A DNA stretch of 64,000 nt from the NCBI GenBank assembly GCA_002269645.1, contig NIVC01002322.1, forward strand, positions 62,001 through 126,000. Reading direction: 5' to 3'. Positions within the stretch are counted from its first letter, which is position 1; the number at the start of each line of letters is the position of its first letter. This document shows positions 22,242 to 49,996 of the stretch, piece after piece. The stretch comes from Macrostomum lignano (lineage: Eukaryota). Made by a program: the position numbers and the translations under genes. The notes beneath the pieces were generated by a model that saw nothing but the letters and a program-made list of their open reading frames with translations, was not told the DNA's origin and ran no database searches.

Positions 22242-23267
22242 GCCATCATGTCAAACCTAAAAGATCCACCATTTCGAACACTTAAGAGCCACAATGTAGA
22301 ATATTAAAGAGCTACCATGTCAAACATTTAAGAGCCACCATGTAAAACATTAAAGAGCCACCATTTGAAACATTAAAGAGTCACCATGTCAAACATTAAG
22401 GAGCCACCATGTCAAACATTTAAGAGCCACCATGTCAAACCTAAAAGAGCCACCATGTCAAACATAAAAGAGCCACCATGTCAAACATAAAAGAGCCACC
22501 ATGTCAAACATAAAAGAGCCACCATGAAAAACATTAAAGAGCCACTTTCTCGAACATTAAAGAGCCACCATGTCAAACATTTAAGAGCCACCATGTCAAT
22601 TATATATGTGTCTTTATGTCAAACATTAAAGAGCCACCATTTCGAACATTAAGGAGCCACCATGTCAAACATTTAAAAGCCTCCTTTTGAAACATTAAAT
22701 AGCCACTTTGTCGAACATTAAAGAGCCACTGTGTCAAACATAAAAGAGCCACTGTTTCAAACATAAAAGAGCCACCAGGTTAAACATTAAAGAGCCACCA
22801 TGTCAAACATAAAAGAGCCACCATGTTAAACATAAAAGAGCCACCATGTCTGACATTAAAAAGCCATCGTTTCAAACATAAAACAGTTGCCATGTAGAAC
22901 ATAAAACAGCCACCATGTCAAACATAAAATTTACACAATTTCAAACATAAAAGTAAGCGAATTTTAAAGGAGCCACTATAATGCTAAGGAAATGTCGCAC
23001 TAGCTACTTATTGTCTGGTGGATGCTTGCTATTTGGGGATGCTATCTATGTAGGGGATGCTTGCTATCTGGGGGATGCTTGCTATCTGGGGGATGCTTGC
23101 TATCTGGGGGATGCTTGCTTTCTTGGGATGATTTCTTTTTGCATTGCACTTCCTTTGAGTATTTTGTCTGTTTTCTTTGTGAAGGCCTTTTTTGGCTATC
23201 TTTTTGTTACTTGTAGAGAACAGAGGTTCTATACAGATGTCCCCCAAAGGGGGGCGAAGATTGCTAG
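22242..23267 (+). mobile_element. 3-prime part of the Helitron, duplicated with the segmental duplication
   Basis: Same 20-mer array, 18-mers, hairpin and CTAG (23264-23267)|T. No 5-prime TC arm. Confidence 0.8.
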
Positions 23268-23705
23268 TAACTATACTATATCACAATTTTTAACAAGCAT
23301 TATCTATAAAAAATATAACAATTTAATTATCATGTCAATGAAAACTAGATATACTTAGTATATTTATTTATAAAAGGTTTCTTCTCTAGTAGTTTTTGCA
23401 AAGAACCCTACCTATTTTGCAAATCTGCCTATGCCTAATGCCTCTATAACTATATTGTACTGGCAAGTCATGGCACCTTTACTGAAGTCTCTTATTATAG
23501 CCTGTTTAAGGATAGAATGAGAGATTAGAGAAGTTGAAAAGAGAAATAAGAGAAGAGGGTAGGGAATTAAGCTAAGCAAAGACAAGCCTTGAGCATTCCA
23601 GATTGCTATTATTGAGTTTCAAAGGACATTGTTGCCAGCACTGACATACTGAAGCAAGTATTTGTTATACAAATATACAAACCAATTCATGTCAGGCCCA
23701 ACACA

Positions 23706-24187
23706 ATGGCAGATGCTAATGCACCCTATCAGCTGGTTAACCTTACTATGGAGCTGGCCCAAGCGCTAAAACCAGGCGACATCATTGAGAACTCCTATTA
23801 CATGTTCTGGCATCCCTACATAGTTGAGAGCATTTTATCCAGCCTGGAGTCTGACTCATCAGAGGACAGCCCCCGGTGACAGTTCGAGTTATTCATTATG
23901 GACGTCGAGACCTATTCGAACCAATCTCTGTGCTACAAGAGAACATAACTCTGGATTCTACCAATACAGCCAATGGTCACTTTCGATTGTACAGATTTAA
24001 CTTGGCAGATTGCAGACCGGATGAGGAGACAGTGAAGCTGGCTAGGGATCGGATTGGAGAAACTGACCATCGGATGCTGAGTAACAATGCCACATATTTT
24101 GCACTGTCCTGCAGACTCACAGATGAAGCATTTGACCGATGCAAGCGAAATATTGGCAGGTTTCGGGTGGTCAATCCGATTGGGTGA
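23706..24187 (+). pseudogene. Second copy of the LRAT-like gene with a 1-nt frameshift
   Basis: The ATG at 23706 is retained. The C-run near 23870 has 5 C versus 6 C in copy 1 (18460-18465), which shifts the frame. This may be a homopolymer sequencing error. Confidence 0.6.
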
Positions 24188-26849
24188 TCTGTTAATTAAA
24201 CTCTCTGATTGATTCGATTTGAATTCATACTCGCATAGTAGTGCTAAATATGTTACAGTGCTAATTATAAGGATATCGCCTTAAAACCTTGTAATTTTGT
24301 GTAATTCCCTAATTATATCCACAGATATTAGAATAACTAGATGGGCCACTTAGCACATTTGCGTGTAATCTACTTTCAGTTCAGTAGTAAGTTAAACAGA
24401 AGCATTTTAATGTATTTTAAAGTTATTGGCTCTTACCCCCCCAGCTTAAACTCTCCAACCGCGCCTTTCCACACTACCCCCCGCCCCGCCCCAATTTTTA
24501 TTGCCTTTCTTGGAATTCCAAAAGCTGCCATGTACATTTCAGTGGACTGGCTAATGTACATTATTGCTGAACCAATTAGCAAGCTGTTTGCGCCTGCAAG
24601 ATTGGGCTTCTAAGCTTATCAAATTCATTTCAGTTGCCTTTATTTTATAAAATAGCTTATGCATTCTTCTTTGCTACTGAACTGAAAGTAGAAAGCTGTT
24701 TTACTAAGTATTGCAATATATATGCCTCAGTGGCCCATCTAGTTATTTTAGTATCTGTGATTGTATCTAATTGCCATATTTTTATTACACCTGCTATAGT
24801 GGGCAGATGTGCAATTGACAGCTCAGCCGCAGCTATTGCACAGTAGGGAATACAATCCCGGGATTTTGATTAGGCCTAAATCCCAGGATCACATTAGTCC
24901 CGGGATCCTGATCCCGGTTTGCAATAATTGTTCCGTTGGGTCGAGAATCGAATCCCCGACCTTTTAGTCGTGAGTCCAACGCATTATATGTAATTCTCTA
25001 ATTGTCCCTAATTGCCATGTATAATTCCCTGATTTTTAATTTTCACATCTGCGTGATTTCAGATGTGTTGCCTCTTAATTATTTATTTTAATTTTTAGTT
25101 TATAGGAAGTTCACTTGTATAACTTCGGCTTATATTTTGAGTGCTACTTCTAGCTACCTATTCTTAATGCTTTCATGACGCTACTTATCATACTAGTAGT
25201 ATAGTATTTGCTTGTATATTTTACCGTAATTTCGGAACCCTTTTACCTGGAATAAATGAATTTTAAATGCCGCAGTCCTCTGCTGCACTGCATGATTGTA
25301 TTTGTCAAATTGCCAAATATCGGGCTACTAAAAGTAGCAATACGGAAAATCTCATTTTTTTAAACCAAAACGTTCAAAAAAGTTCTAAAAACACTAACCT
25401 TACTTTATTAACCTTATTTAAAAGCACTTACCTTACCAGACGTTGAAGTTCATCTACATGTACAACAAGCCTTTTTGGCTTTGATAAATAATTATACTGA
25501 AAAATAAAATGCCAAAAATAGCGTACTCTGCAGCTTGCCTTTAAGTCAGTTAGGCCATAAAGCAATTACGCTCGTACAGCTGACAGAAGAGAGGCGGGGC
25601 TCAGACAGCCTGACAGCTTTTTTGATACAGCACTAAATACGGTATTTCAGTGCAGTAAGGAACTCGAGTGCCAATTTTCTGCAGAGCTGCACTGCTGTGA
25701 CTGACTGCATGCAGTTCGCTTGCTGTTACTCAGTGCGGATTGGATCTGTGTGTGAATCATCTCCAATCTCCTCATCTCCCTGTATCTCTCCCTCTCCCTG
25801 TCTACCCCTCCCTATGCTATTCCCCTAGACTCTGCGGCGTCTGACGTATCTGACGCCCTGCTCTAACTGTGAACTTGCATGCGGGGCTGTGTATTTTGTT
25901 GTTGTCTCCCCCTCCCTGTCTCCCCTCCCCGTCTCCCACTCCCTGTCTTCCCCTATCTGTCCTCCCCTCGCTGTCTCCCCCTCCCTGTCTCTCTCCTTGT
26001 CTCCCCTCCCCGTCTCCCACTCCTGTCTTCCCCTCCCTGTCTCCCACTCTGTCTTCCCCTCCCTGTCTCCTCCTCCTCCCTGTCTCCCCCTCCCTGTCTC
26101 CTCCTCCCTGTCTTCCCCTCTGTCTTCCCCTCCCTGTCTCCCCCTCCCTGTCTCCTCCTCCCTGTCTCCCCCTCCTTGTCTCCCCTCCCCCCGTCTCCCA
26201 CTCCTGTCTCCCCTCCCTGTCTTCCCCTCCCTGTCTCCCCCTCCCGTCTCCCCTTCCTCCGTCTCCCCCTCCCGTCTCCCCTTCCTCCGTCTCCCACTCC
26301 TGTCTCCCCCTCCTTGTCTCCCCTCCTTGTCTCCCCTCCCCCCCATCTCCCACTCCGTATTTCCTCTCCCGCGGTTTCCCTCTACCTGTCTTTCTCTTTT
26401 CTTCTCTCTTTTCGTTCTCTTCATGCCCAGGTCTCACGTCTTCCCTCCCTTATATGCTCCCCTCCTCTCCTCTCTTCTTCCTTCAAATTTTGCGACCCAT
26501 AATGCTGAACAGCAGGCGGATTTTATATCCCCCACATCCCCATAAACAGAGACAGAACACAAAAGTGTATACGGATCATGTGCTATAGCAGTGCTGGCAT
26601 GCTGCTTATAATACGTACAACTAGGGATCGCTTCGGTCATAACTAAGTTCGTATATGCACTGCCGGGCACTCATGCAGCAGTGCTACAGCAGTAATGCAA
26701 AATTTTAATACTGACCGCGTTAATACCAATACCTGTGCAGACTTACTAATACCATGATGTGTATAAATGTATTTACAATGTCTGCAATAGTCATATACAT
26801 TATAGATTTCCCACGTGTGCGTATAACAGTGTTGCGTCAGTAGCCTGAC

Positions 26850-29800
26850 TCTGTTGTCTCTGTCACTCTGTTGTAACTCTCAGGTCTCTGTGTCAGCATG
26901 TTTCTGTCACTGTCTGCTGTAATTCTCTCAGGTCTCTGTGTCAGCATGTTTCTGTCACTGTCTGCTGTAATTCTCTCAGGTCTCTGTGTCAGTATGTTTC
27001 TGTCACTGTCTGCTGTAATTCTCTCAGGTCTCTGTGTCAGCATGTTTCTGTCACTGTCTGCTGTAATTCTCTCAGGTCTCTGTGTCAGTATGTTTCTGTC
27101 ACTGTCTGCTGTAATTCTCTCAGGTCTCTGTGTCAGCATGTTTCTGTCACTGTCTGCTGTAATTCTCTCAGGTCTCTGTGTCAGTATGTTTCTGTCACTG
27201 TCTGCTGTAATTCTCTCAGGTCTCTGTGTCAGCATGTTTCTGTCACTGTCTGCTGTAATTCTCTCAGGTTTCTGTGTCAGTATGTTTCTGTCACTGTCTG
27301 CTGTAATTCTCTCAGGTCTCTGTGTCAGCATGTTTCTGTCACTGTCTGCTGTAATTCTCTCAGGTCTCTGTGTCAGCATGTTTCTGTCACTGTCTGCTGT
27401 AATTCTCTCAGGTCTCTGTGTCAGTATGTTTCTGTCACTGTCTGCTGTAATTCTCTCAGGTCTCTGTGTCAGCATGTTTCTGTCACTGTCTGCTGTAATT
27501 CTCTCAGGTCTCTGTGTCAGCATGTTTCTGTCACTGTCTGCTGTAATTCTCTCAGGTCTCTGTGTCAGCATGTTTCTGTCACTGTCTGCTGTAATTCTCT
27601 CAGGTCTCTGTGTCAGCATGTTTCTGTCACTGTCTGCTGTAATTCTCTCAGGTCTCTGTGTCAGCATGTTTCTGTCACTGTCTGCTGTAATTCTCTCAGG
27701 TCTCTGTGTCAGTATGTTTCTGTCACTGTCTGCTGTAATTCTCTCAGGTCTCTGTGTCAGCATGTTTCTGTCACTGTCTGCTGTAATTCTCTCAGGTCTC
27801 TGTGTCAGTATGTTTCTGTCACTGTCTGCTGTAATTCTCTCAGGTCTCTGTGTCAGCATGTTTCTGTCACTGTCTGCTGTAATTCTCTCAGGTCTCTGTG
27901 TCAGCATGTTTCTGTCACTGTCTGCTGTAATTCTCTCAGGTCTCTGTGTCAGCATGTTTCTGTCACTGTCTGCTGTAATTCTCTCAGGTTTCTGTGTCAG
28001 TATGTTTCTGTCACTGTCTGCTGTAATTCTCTCAGGTCTCTGTGTCAGCATGTTTCTGTCACTGTCTGCTGTAATTCTCTCAGGTCTCTGTGTCAGCATG
28101 TTTCTGTCACTGTCTGCTGTAATTCTCTCAAGTCTCTGTGTCAGTATGTTTCTGTCACTGTCTGCTGTAATTCTCTCAGGTCTCTGTGTCAGCATGTTTC
28201 TGTCACTGTCTGCTGTAATTCTCTCAGGTCTCTGTGTCAGTATGTTTCTGTCACTGTCTGCTGTAATTCTCTCAGGTCTCTGTGTCAGCATGTTTCTGTC
28301 ACTGTCTGCTGTAATTCTCTCAGGTCTCTGTGTCAGCATGTTTCTGTCACTGTCTGCTGTAATTCTCTCAGGTTTCTGTGTCAGTATGTTTCTGTCACTG
28401 TCTGCTGTAATTCTCTCAGGTCTCTGTGTCAGCATGTTTCTGTCACTGTCTGCTGTAATTCTCTCAGGTCTCTGTGTCAGCATGTTTCTGTCACTGTCTG
28501 CTGTAATTCTCTCAGGTCTCTGTGTCAGTATGTTTCTGTCACTGTCTGCTGTAATTCTCTCAGGTCTCTGTGTCAGCATGTTTCTGTCACTGTCTGCTGT
28601 AATTCTCTCAGGTCTCTGTGTCAGTATGTTTCTGTCACTGTCTGCTGTAATTCTCTCAGGTCTCTGTGTCAGCATGTTTCTGTCACTGTCTGCTGTAATT
28701 CTCTCAGGTCTCTGTGTCAGCATGTTTCTGTCACTGTCTGCTGTAATTCTCTCAGGTTTCTGTGTCAGTATGTTTCTGTCACTGTCTGCTGTAATTCTCT
28801 CAGGTCTCTGTGTCAGCATGTTTCTGTCACTGTCTGCTGTAATTCTCTCAGGTCTCTGTGTCAGCATGTTTCTGTCACTGTCTGCTGTAATTCTCTCAGG
28901 TCTCTGTGTCAGCATGTTTCTGTCACTGTCTGCTGTAATTCTCTCAGGTCTCTGTGTCAGCATGTTTCTGTCACTGTCTGCTGTAATTCTCTCAGGTCTC
29001 TGTGTCAGTATGTTTCTGTCACTGTCTGCTGTAATTCTCTCAGGTCTCTGTGTCAGCATGTTTCTGTCACTGTCTGCTGTAATTCTCTCAGGTCTCTGTG
29101 TCAGCATGTTTCTGTCACTGTCTGCTGTAATTCTCTCAGGTTTCTGTGTCAGTATGTTTCTGTCACTGTCTGCTGTAATTCTCTCAGGTCTCTGTGTCAG
29201 TATGTTTCTGTCACTGTCTGCTGTAATTCTCTCAGGTCTCTGTGTCAGCATGTTTCTGTCACTGTCTGCTGTAATTCTCTCAGGTCTCTGTGTCAGCATG
29301 TTTCTGTCACTGTCTGCTGTAATTCTCTCAGGTCTCTGTGTCAGTATAATGTTTCTGTAACTCTGTCTGTTGTAATTCTCTCAGGTATCTGTGTCAGTAT
29401 AATGTTTCTGTAACTCTGTCTGTTGTAATTCTCTCAGGTATCTGTGTCAGTATAATGTTTCTGTAACTCTGTCTGTTGTAATTCTCTCAGGTATCTGTGT
29501 CAGTATAATGTTTCTGTAACTCTGTCTGTTGTAATTCTCTCAGGTATCTGTGTCAGTATAATGTTTCTGTCACTCTGTCTGCTGTAACTTCCAGTACAAT
29601 GTGATTGACTTTTCTCTGTAAGCATGTTTCTGTCACTCTGTCTGCTGTAACTTCCAGCATCTCTGTAAGCATGGCCCTGTCACTCTGTCTGCTGTAACTT
29701 CCAGCATCTCTGTCAGCATGTTTCTGTCACTCTGTCTGCTGTAACTTCCAGCATCTCTGTAAGCATGGCCCTGTCACTCTGTCTGCTGTAACTTCCAGCA

Positions 29801-30010
29801 TCTCTGTCAGCATGTTTCTGTCACTCTGTCTGCTGTAACTTCCAGCATCTCTGTCAGCATGTTTCTGTCACTCTGTCTGCTGTAACTTCCAGCATCTCTG
29901 TAAGCATGTTTCTGTCACTCTGTCTGCTGTAACTTCCAGCATCTCTGTCAGCATGTTTCTGTCACTCTGTCTGCTGTAACTTCCAGCATCTCTGTCAGCA
30001 TGGCCCTGTC
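26850..30010. repeat. Compound minisatellite: 48-bp units (~26850-29340), 53-bp units (~29340-29580), 47-bp units (~29620-30010)
   Basis: Periods were read directly (29341 to 29394; 29641 to 29688). All three units share the tctgt/ctgtaa/catgtttctgtcact core. Confidence 0.93.
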
Positions 30011-30524
30011 ACTCTTCTGCATGCCTCTTTCAGGGTTCCTGGGTATTGCCAAAAGCTTTTTTGGTCGCCAGCAAGTTTTATTTTGTTGACACTGCCGTCT
30101 GCAGCAGGCTGAATATTGATTCGGATTCGGCATTTATTGTGTATTGACTCGGAACCAAGAGAGAATGCGGAGGAACCACTTGGCAATTGAGCGGGCCAGG
30201 AAATTGCGGACCGGCACCCAAAACTTCGCCAACTCCGCGGGGACTGGAAGAGGGGCTTAAAAAGTGATTAATAATTTTCTCGAATCCCCATCAATGTCTT
30301 CTGGCATGTTGGGACACTTTCCTATGGGTTACAATCGATTTGGGAGCTGCGGCCGGGGAGGGGAGCAGCTCCTTTGTTTTGGGGCTGGGGAACAGGATTG
30401 AGCGCTTTCCTTTTCTCGAGTGTCCAGACACTGCTGCCTGATTGACGGGCCAGTCAGAGTGCACTTTTGTAGAGCCGTTGCTTGACTGACACTGATGAAC
30501 TTTATAGATACTGCTCTAGTGTGA

Positions 30525-31262
30525 AATTGCTAATCTAGCCGACATCATAGATATTATCGTATAGAATGGATTGCTAATCTAGCCAACAATCATGGATATT
30601 ATGGTATAGAATGGATTGCTAATCTAGCCAACAACCATGGATATTATCGTATAGAATGGATTGCTAATCTAGCCAACAATCATGGATATTATCGTATAGA
30701 ATGGATTGCTAATCTAGCCAACAATCATGGATATTATCGTATAGAATGGATTGCTAATCTAGCCAACAATCATGGATATTATCGTATAGAATGGATTGCT
30801 AATCTAGCCAACAATCATGGATATTATCGTATAGAATGGATTGCTAATCTAGCCAACAATCATGGATATTATCGTATAGAATGGATTGCTAATCTAGCCG
30901 ACATCATAGATAATATGGTATGGAATGGATTGCTAATCTAGCCAACAATCATGGATATTATCGTAAAGAATGGATTGCTAATCTAGCCAACAATCATGGA
31001 TATTATTGTATGGAATGGATTGCTAATCTAGCCAACAATCGTGGATACCAAAGTATAGAATGGATTGCTAATCTAGCCAACAATCGTGGATACCAAAGTA
31101 TAGAATGGATTGCTAATCTAGCCAACAATCGTGGATACCAAAGTATAGAATGGATTGCTAATCTAGCCAACAATCGTGGATACCAAAGTATAGAATGGAT
31201 TGCTAATCTAGCCAACAATCGTGGATACCAAAGTATAGAATGGATTGCTAATCTAGCCAACG
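30525..31262. repeat. 45-bp minisatellite (atagaatggattgctaatctagccaacaatcatggatattatcgt)
   Basis: About 16 copies, with a polar switch to the cgtggataccaaagt variant. Confidence 0.93.
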
Positions 31263-31494
31263 TCCGAGGAAAGAAAATAATTAATTAATTGTTATCCAAA
31301 ATATGCATGATTACATGTGTGGCTACACAATAGATTTGAATCAAGTTCTACAATTAGAATTAATTATAAACACAATATACTTACTGTATTTTACAGCCTA
31401 GCTGAGTGCATTCATTACTGTACAGAGCAGAGTGCGCCAGTTGAAAGACTGTTCTGAGCATTATGCAGTTAATTAAGCATCTCTCTCTCATATT

Positions 31495-31497
<3 letters not shown>

Positions 31498-31540
<43 letters not shown>
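31498..31540. repeat. (AG)n microsatellite
   Basis: Pure dinucleotide run. Confidence 0.95.
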
Positions 31541-31542
<2 letters not shown>

Positions 31543-31824
31543 ACGCGTAGAAGGGCTGAGAGATGGAAAGCTCAGTGACCCCGCAAGTTGATTACGTCGA
31601 GTTGTAAAAGCCAAGCCAATCGTATTAACTAAAATATATATTCATGTATAGATACTTTAAGCTGTCAACCTGAGTGAAGCGGCCGGAGTGACAGAGTAAA
31701 CGCTCTTTAAAAAAGCTTGTGAACTATTAATAACGAGCGAAGGTTTCCGCTCTGAAGTAGGCATGCATGCGAAACTTTGCTGCACAGTTACTATTTTAAA
31801 GGCAATCCATTGCTTTGCTTTAGT

Positions 31825-32410
31825 TTGGTGCCTCTTACCACGATTTTGGCGCCTCTTACCCCGATTTTGGCGCCTCTTATGCCGATTTTTGGCGCCTCTT
31901 ACCCCGATTTTGGCGCCTCTTACCCCGATTTTGGCGCCTCTTACCCCGATTTTGGTGCCTCTTACCCCGATTTTGGCGCCTCTTATCCCGATTTTGGTGC
32001 CTCTTACCCCGATTTTGGCGCCTCTTACCCCGATTTTGGCGCCTCTTACCCCGATTTTGGCGCCTCTTACCCCGATTTTGGCGCCTCTTACCCCGATTTT
32101 GGCGCCTCTTACCCCGATTTTGGTGCCTCTTACCCCGATTTTGGCGCCTCTTATCCCGATTTTGGTGCCTCTTACCCCGATTTTGGCGCCTCTTACCCCG
32201 ATTTTGGTGCCTCTTACCCCGATTTTGGTGCCTCTTATCCCGATTTTGGCGCCTCTTACCCGATTTTGGCGCCTCTTACCCAATTTGGCGCCTCTTAATC
32301 CGATTTTGGCGCCTCTTATCCCGATTTTGGCGCCTCTTATCCCGATTTTGACGCTTCTTACCCGATTTTGGCGCCTCTTACTCCGATTTTGGCGCCTCTC
32401 ATCCTGATTT
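31825..32410. repeat. 21-bp minisatellite (gcgcctcttaccccgattttg)
   Basis: About 27 copies; 7-aa periodic ORFs. Confidence 0.93.
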
Positions 32411-33184
32411 TATCCCGATTTAGAGCTCTCTTGAATTTTTAGTCGGTAATATTTAATTAACAACAGGACGAATTATATGCATAACTAGAATGGCAGTTAC
32501 TCTAATCAGCTGTCAGAATGTTGACTCCATCTTTCTGTCTCCGCGCGGAGATCTGAGGCCAAATCCGCTTTAATCCAGAATATTCTGAAGCCTCAATCCC
32601 TACTGTCAGCCTGCGTTTCTTTAGACCAGAATAAATCTCTTTATTTTGCCTCTGTTGTAGTGTGAGACTTTCAGCAGGAAAGAGCTGCTTGCTTTCCTGG
32701 CACAATTCATACAAAAAAGACAAGACAGTGCACACAGTTCTTATAAAATTTACAATCGAAAAAATCTTAGCTAAAAGTAGCCTTCCAATTTTTTCAATAG
32801 TCTCTCCATCGACTGAATCTGATTGGCTGCATCGAGACAGCGGCCAATGAAAGCAGGGCTTGAATTCTTTGCGTAGTAGAGAGCAAACCAAACCGATTCA
32901 CTATAAACCAGAACCATTGCTAGCTTCTTTAACTGTTGGGCAATCAGAGAGGCGTAACTTAAAATCGAATTTTCCCTAACCAAACATAGGCGCGAGTCAG
33001 CTAAAACAAGGTATGGTTTTGTAACTGTCTGTAAATTGTAACCAGCAAACTTTCCTGCATTCATTTACATCCGATTATCTCTGTCGTTTAAGGAGAAAAT
33101 TCTATGTGTCCCTTTTCTTTCACTTGCTTTATCTACACAAAACTAAATTGCTTCACGATTCTCCGCTACTCAAACATTCGGGCT

Positions 33185-33725
33185 AAAACAGCTCCATTCT
33201 ATGGTTCTCTGCACTAGGCTGACCGCCACCTCACTCCTCCTTCTCCTGATTGGCTGGCCTAATACAGCTCCACTCTATGGTTCTCTGCACTAGGCTGACC
33301 GCCACCTCACTCCTCCTTCTCCTGATTGGCTAGCCTAAAACAGCTCCACTCTATGGTTCTCTGCACTAGGCTGACCGCCACCTCACTCCTCCTTATCCTG
33401 ATTGGCTGGCCTAATACAGCTCCACTCTATGGTTCTCTGCACTAGGCTGACCGCCACCTCACTCCTCCTCCTGATTGGCTAGCCTAAAACAGCTCCATTC
33501 TATGGTTCTCTGCACTAGGCTGACCGCCACCTCACTCCTCCTTCTCCTGATTAGCTGACCTAAAACAGCTCCACTCTATGGTTCTCTGCACTAGGCTGAC
33601 CGCCACCTCACTCCTCCTTCTCCTGATTGGCTAGCCTAAAACAGCTCCATTCTATGGTTCTCTGCACTAGGCTGACCGGCACCAGACGCCTTCTGATTGG
33701 CTGGTCTAATAACGTTTCATTCTAT
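33185..33725. repeat. 76-bp tandem repeat, most units containing ctgattggct (inverted CCAAT box)
   Basis: Period 76 (33188 to 33264); about 7 units. Confidence 0.9.
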
Positions 33726-33761
33726 GGTTTTTTATCGTCTCACTCCCTGAATTCTGATTAG

Positions 33762-49195
<15,434 letters not shown>

Positions 49196-49469
49196 CAGTG
49201 GCTCATATCAAGTTCTGTACAAGGCCCCCGTGTAAAAATCATGCTTGATGCTTAGTATGGCTCCGTTTGATGCTTGCTTACCTCCCCGTATCCCTTCAAT
49301 TTGACTGATTTCTGTCTCTAACCAAATCATAAATAAAATACTTCCGATTAAATCGAGTAGCGAGTTTGCTTTCTTTTGAAGACCCACCGATACGTGCGTC
49401 ACAAGAGCAGCTCAATTAACAGCTTCTAAAAGTACAGAAAAAGTTGAGGGAACGAGTACTAAAAGTACA

Positions 49470-49760
49470 AGAGTACTTTAAACTACTTAAAGTACAAAAG
49501 CAGCTCAGTGAACAGCTCTTAAAAGTACAAAAGCAGCTGAGTGAATAACTTCACCTACTAAAAGTACAAAAGCAGCTCAGTGAATAACTTCACCTACTAA
49601 AAGTACAAAAGCAGCTGAGTGAATAACTTCACCTACTAAAAGTACAAAAGCAGCTCAGTGAATAACTTCACCTACTAAAAGTACAAAAGCAGCTTAGTGA
49701 ATAACTTCACCTACTAAAAGTACAAAAGCAGCTCAGTGAATAACTTAAGCTTCTAAAAGT
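49470..49760. repeat. 40-bp minisatellite (aaaagtacaaaagcagctcagtgaataacttcacctacta)
   Basis: About 6-7 copies between convergent genes. Confidence 0.88.
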
Positions 49761-49996
49761 AGGCAAGCAGCTCGGAGAGGAGCTACACTAAAATTATTTC
49801 TGAATAAAAGTTCTGATAAAAATTTGCTAATGAAATAAAAAGAGTTTGAGGATAAATAAGTCAAGCAGATTTGCAAATTCTTCTTTGTCTCGACGCGAGT
49901 CAACACTAGATACGACCGATTTAAGCCTCATAGCAGTACTCAGTCTGCAATGCAACAGGGCTGCAAGTTTTTGCAAAAGAAGACAGAAGAAGATGT

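Larger units (their letters stand above)
16831..27650 (+). repeat. Tandem segmental duplication, ~5.41-kb unit (16831-22241 and 22242-~27650)
   Basis: The sequences are nearly identical at an offset of about 5410 bp. The junction at 22241/22242 fuses the 48-bp minisatellite to the Helitron 20-bp satellite. Confidence 0.92.

Noticed and set aside
26837-29360. 820-aa ORFs on both strands
   Set aside because: These are translations of a stop-free 48-bp minisatellite, open on both strands with no unique sequence.
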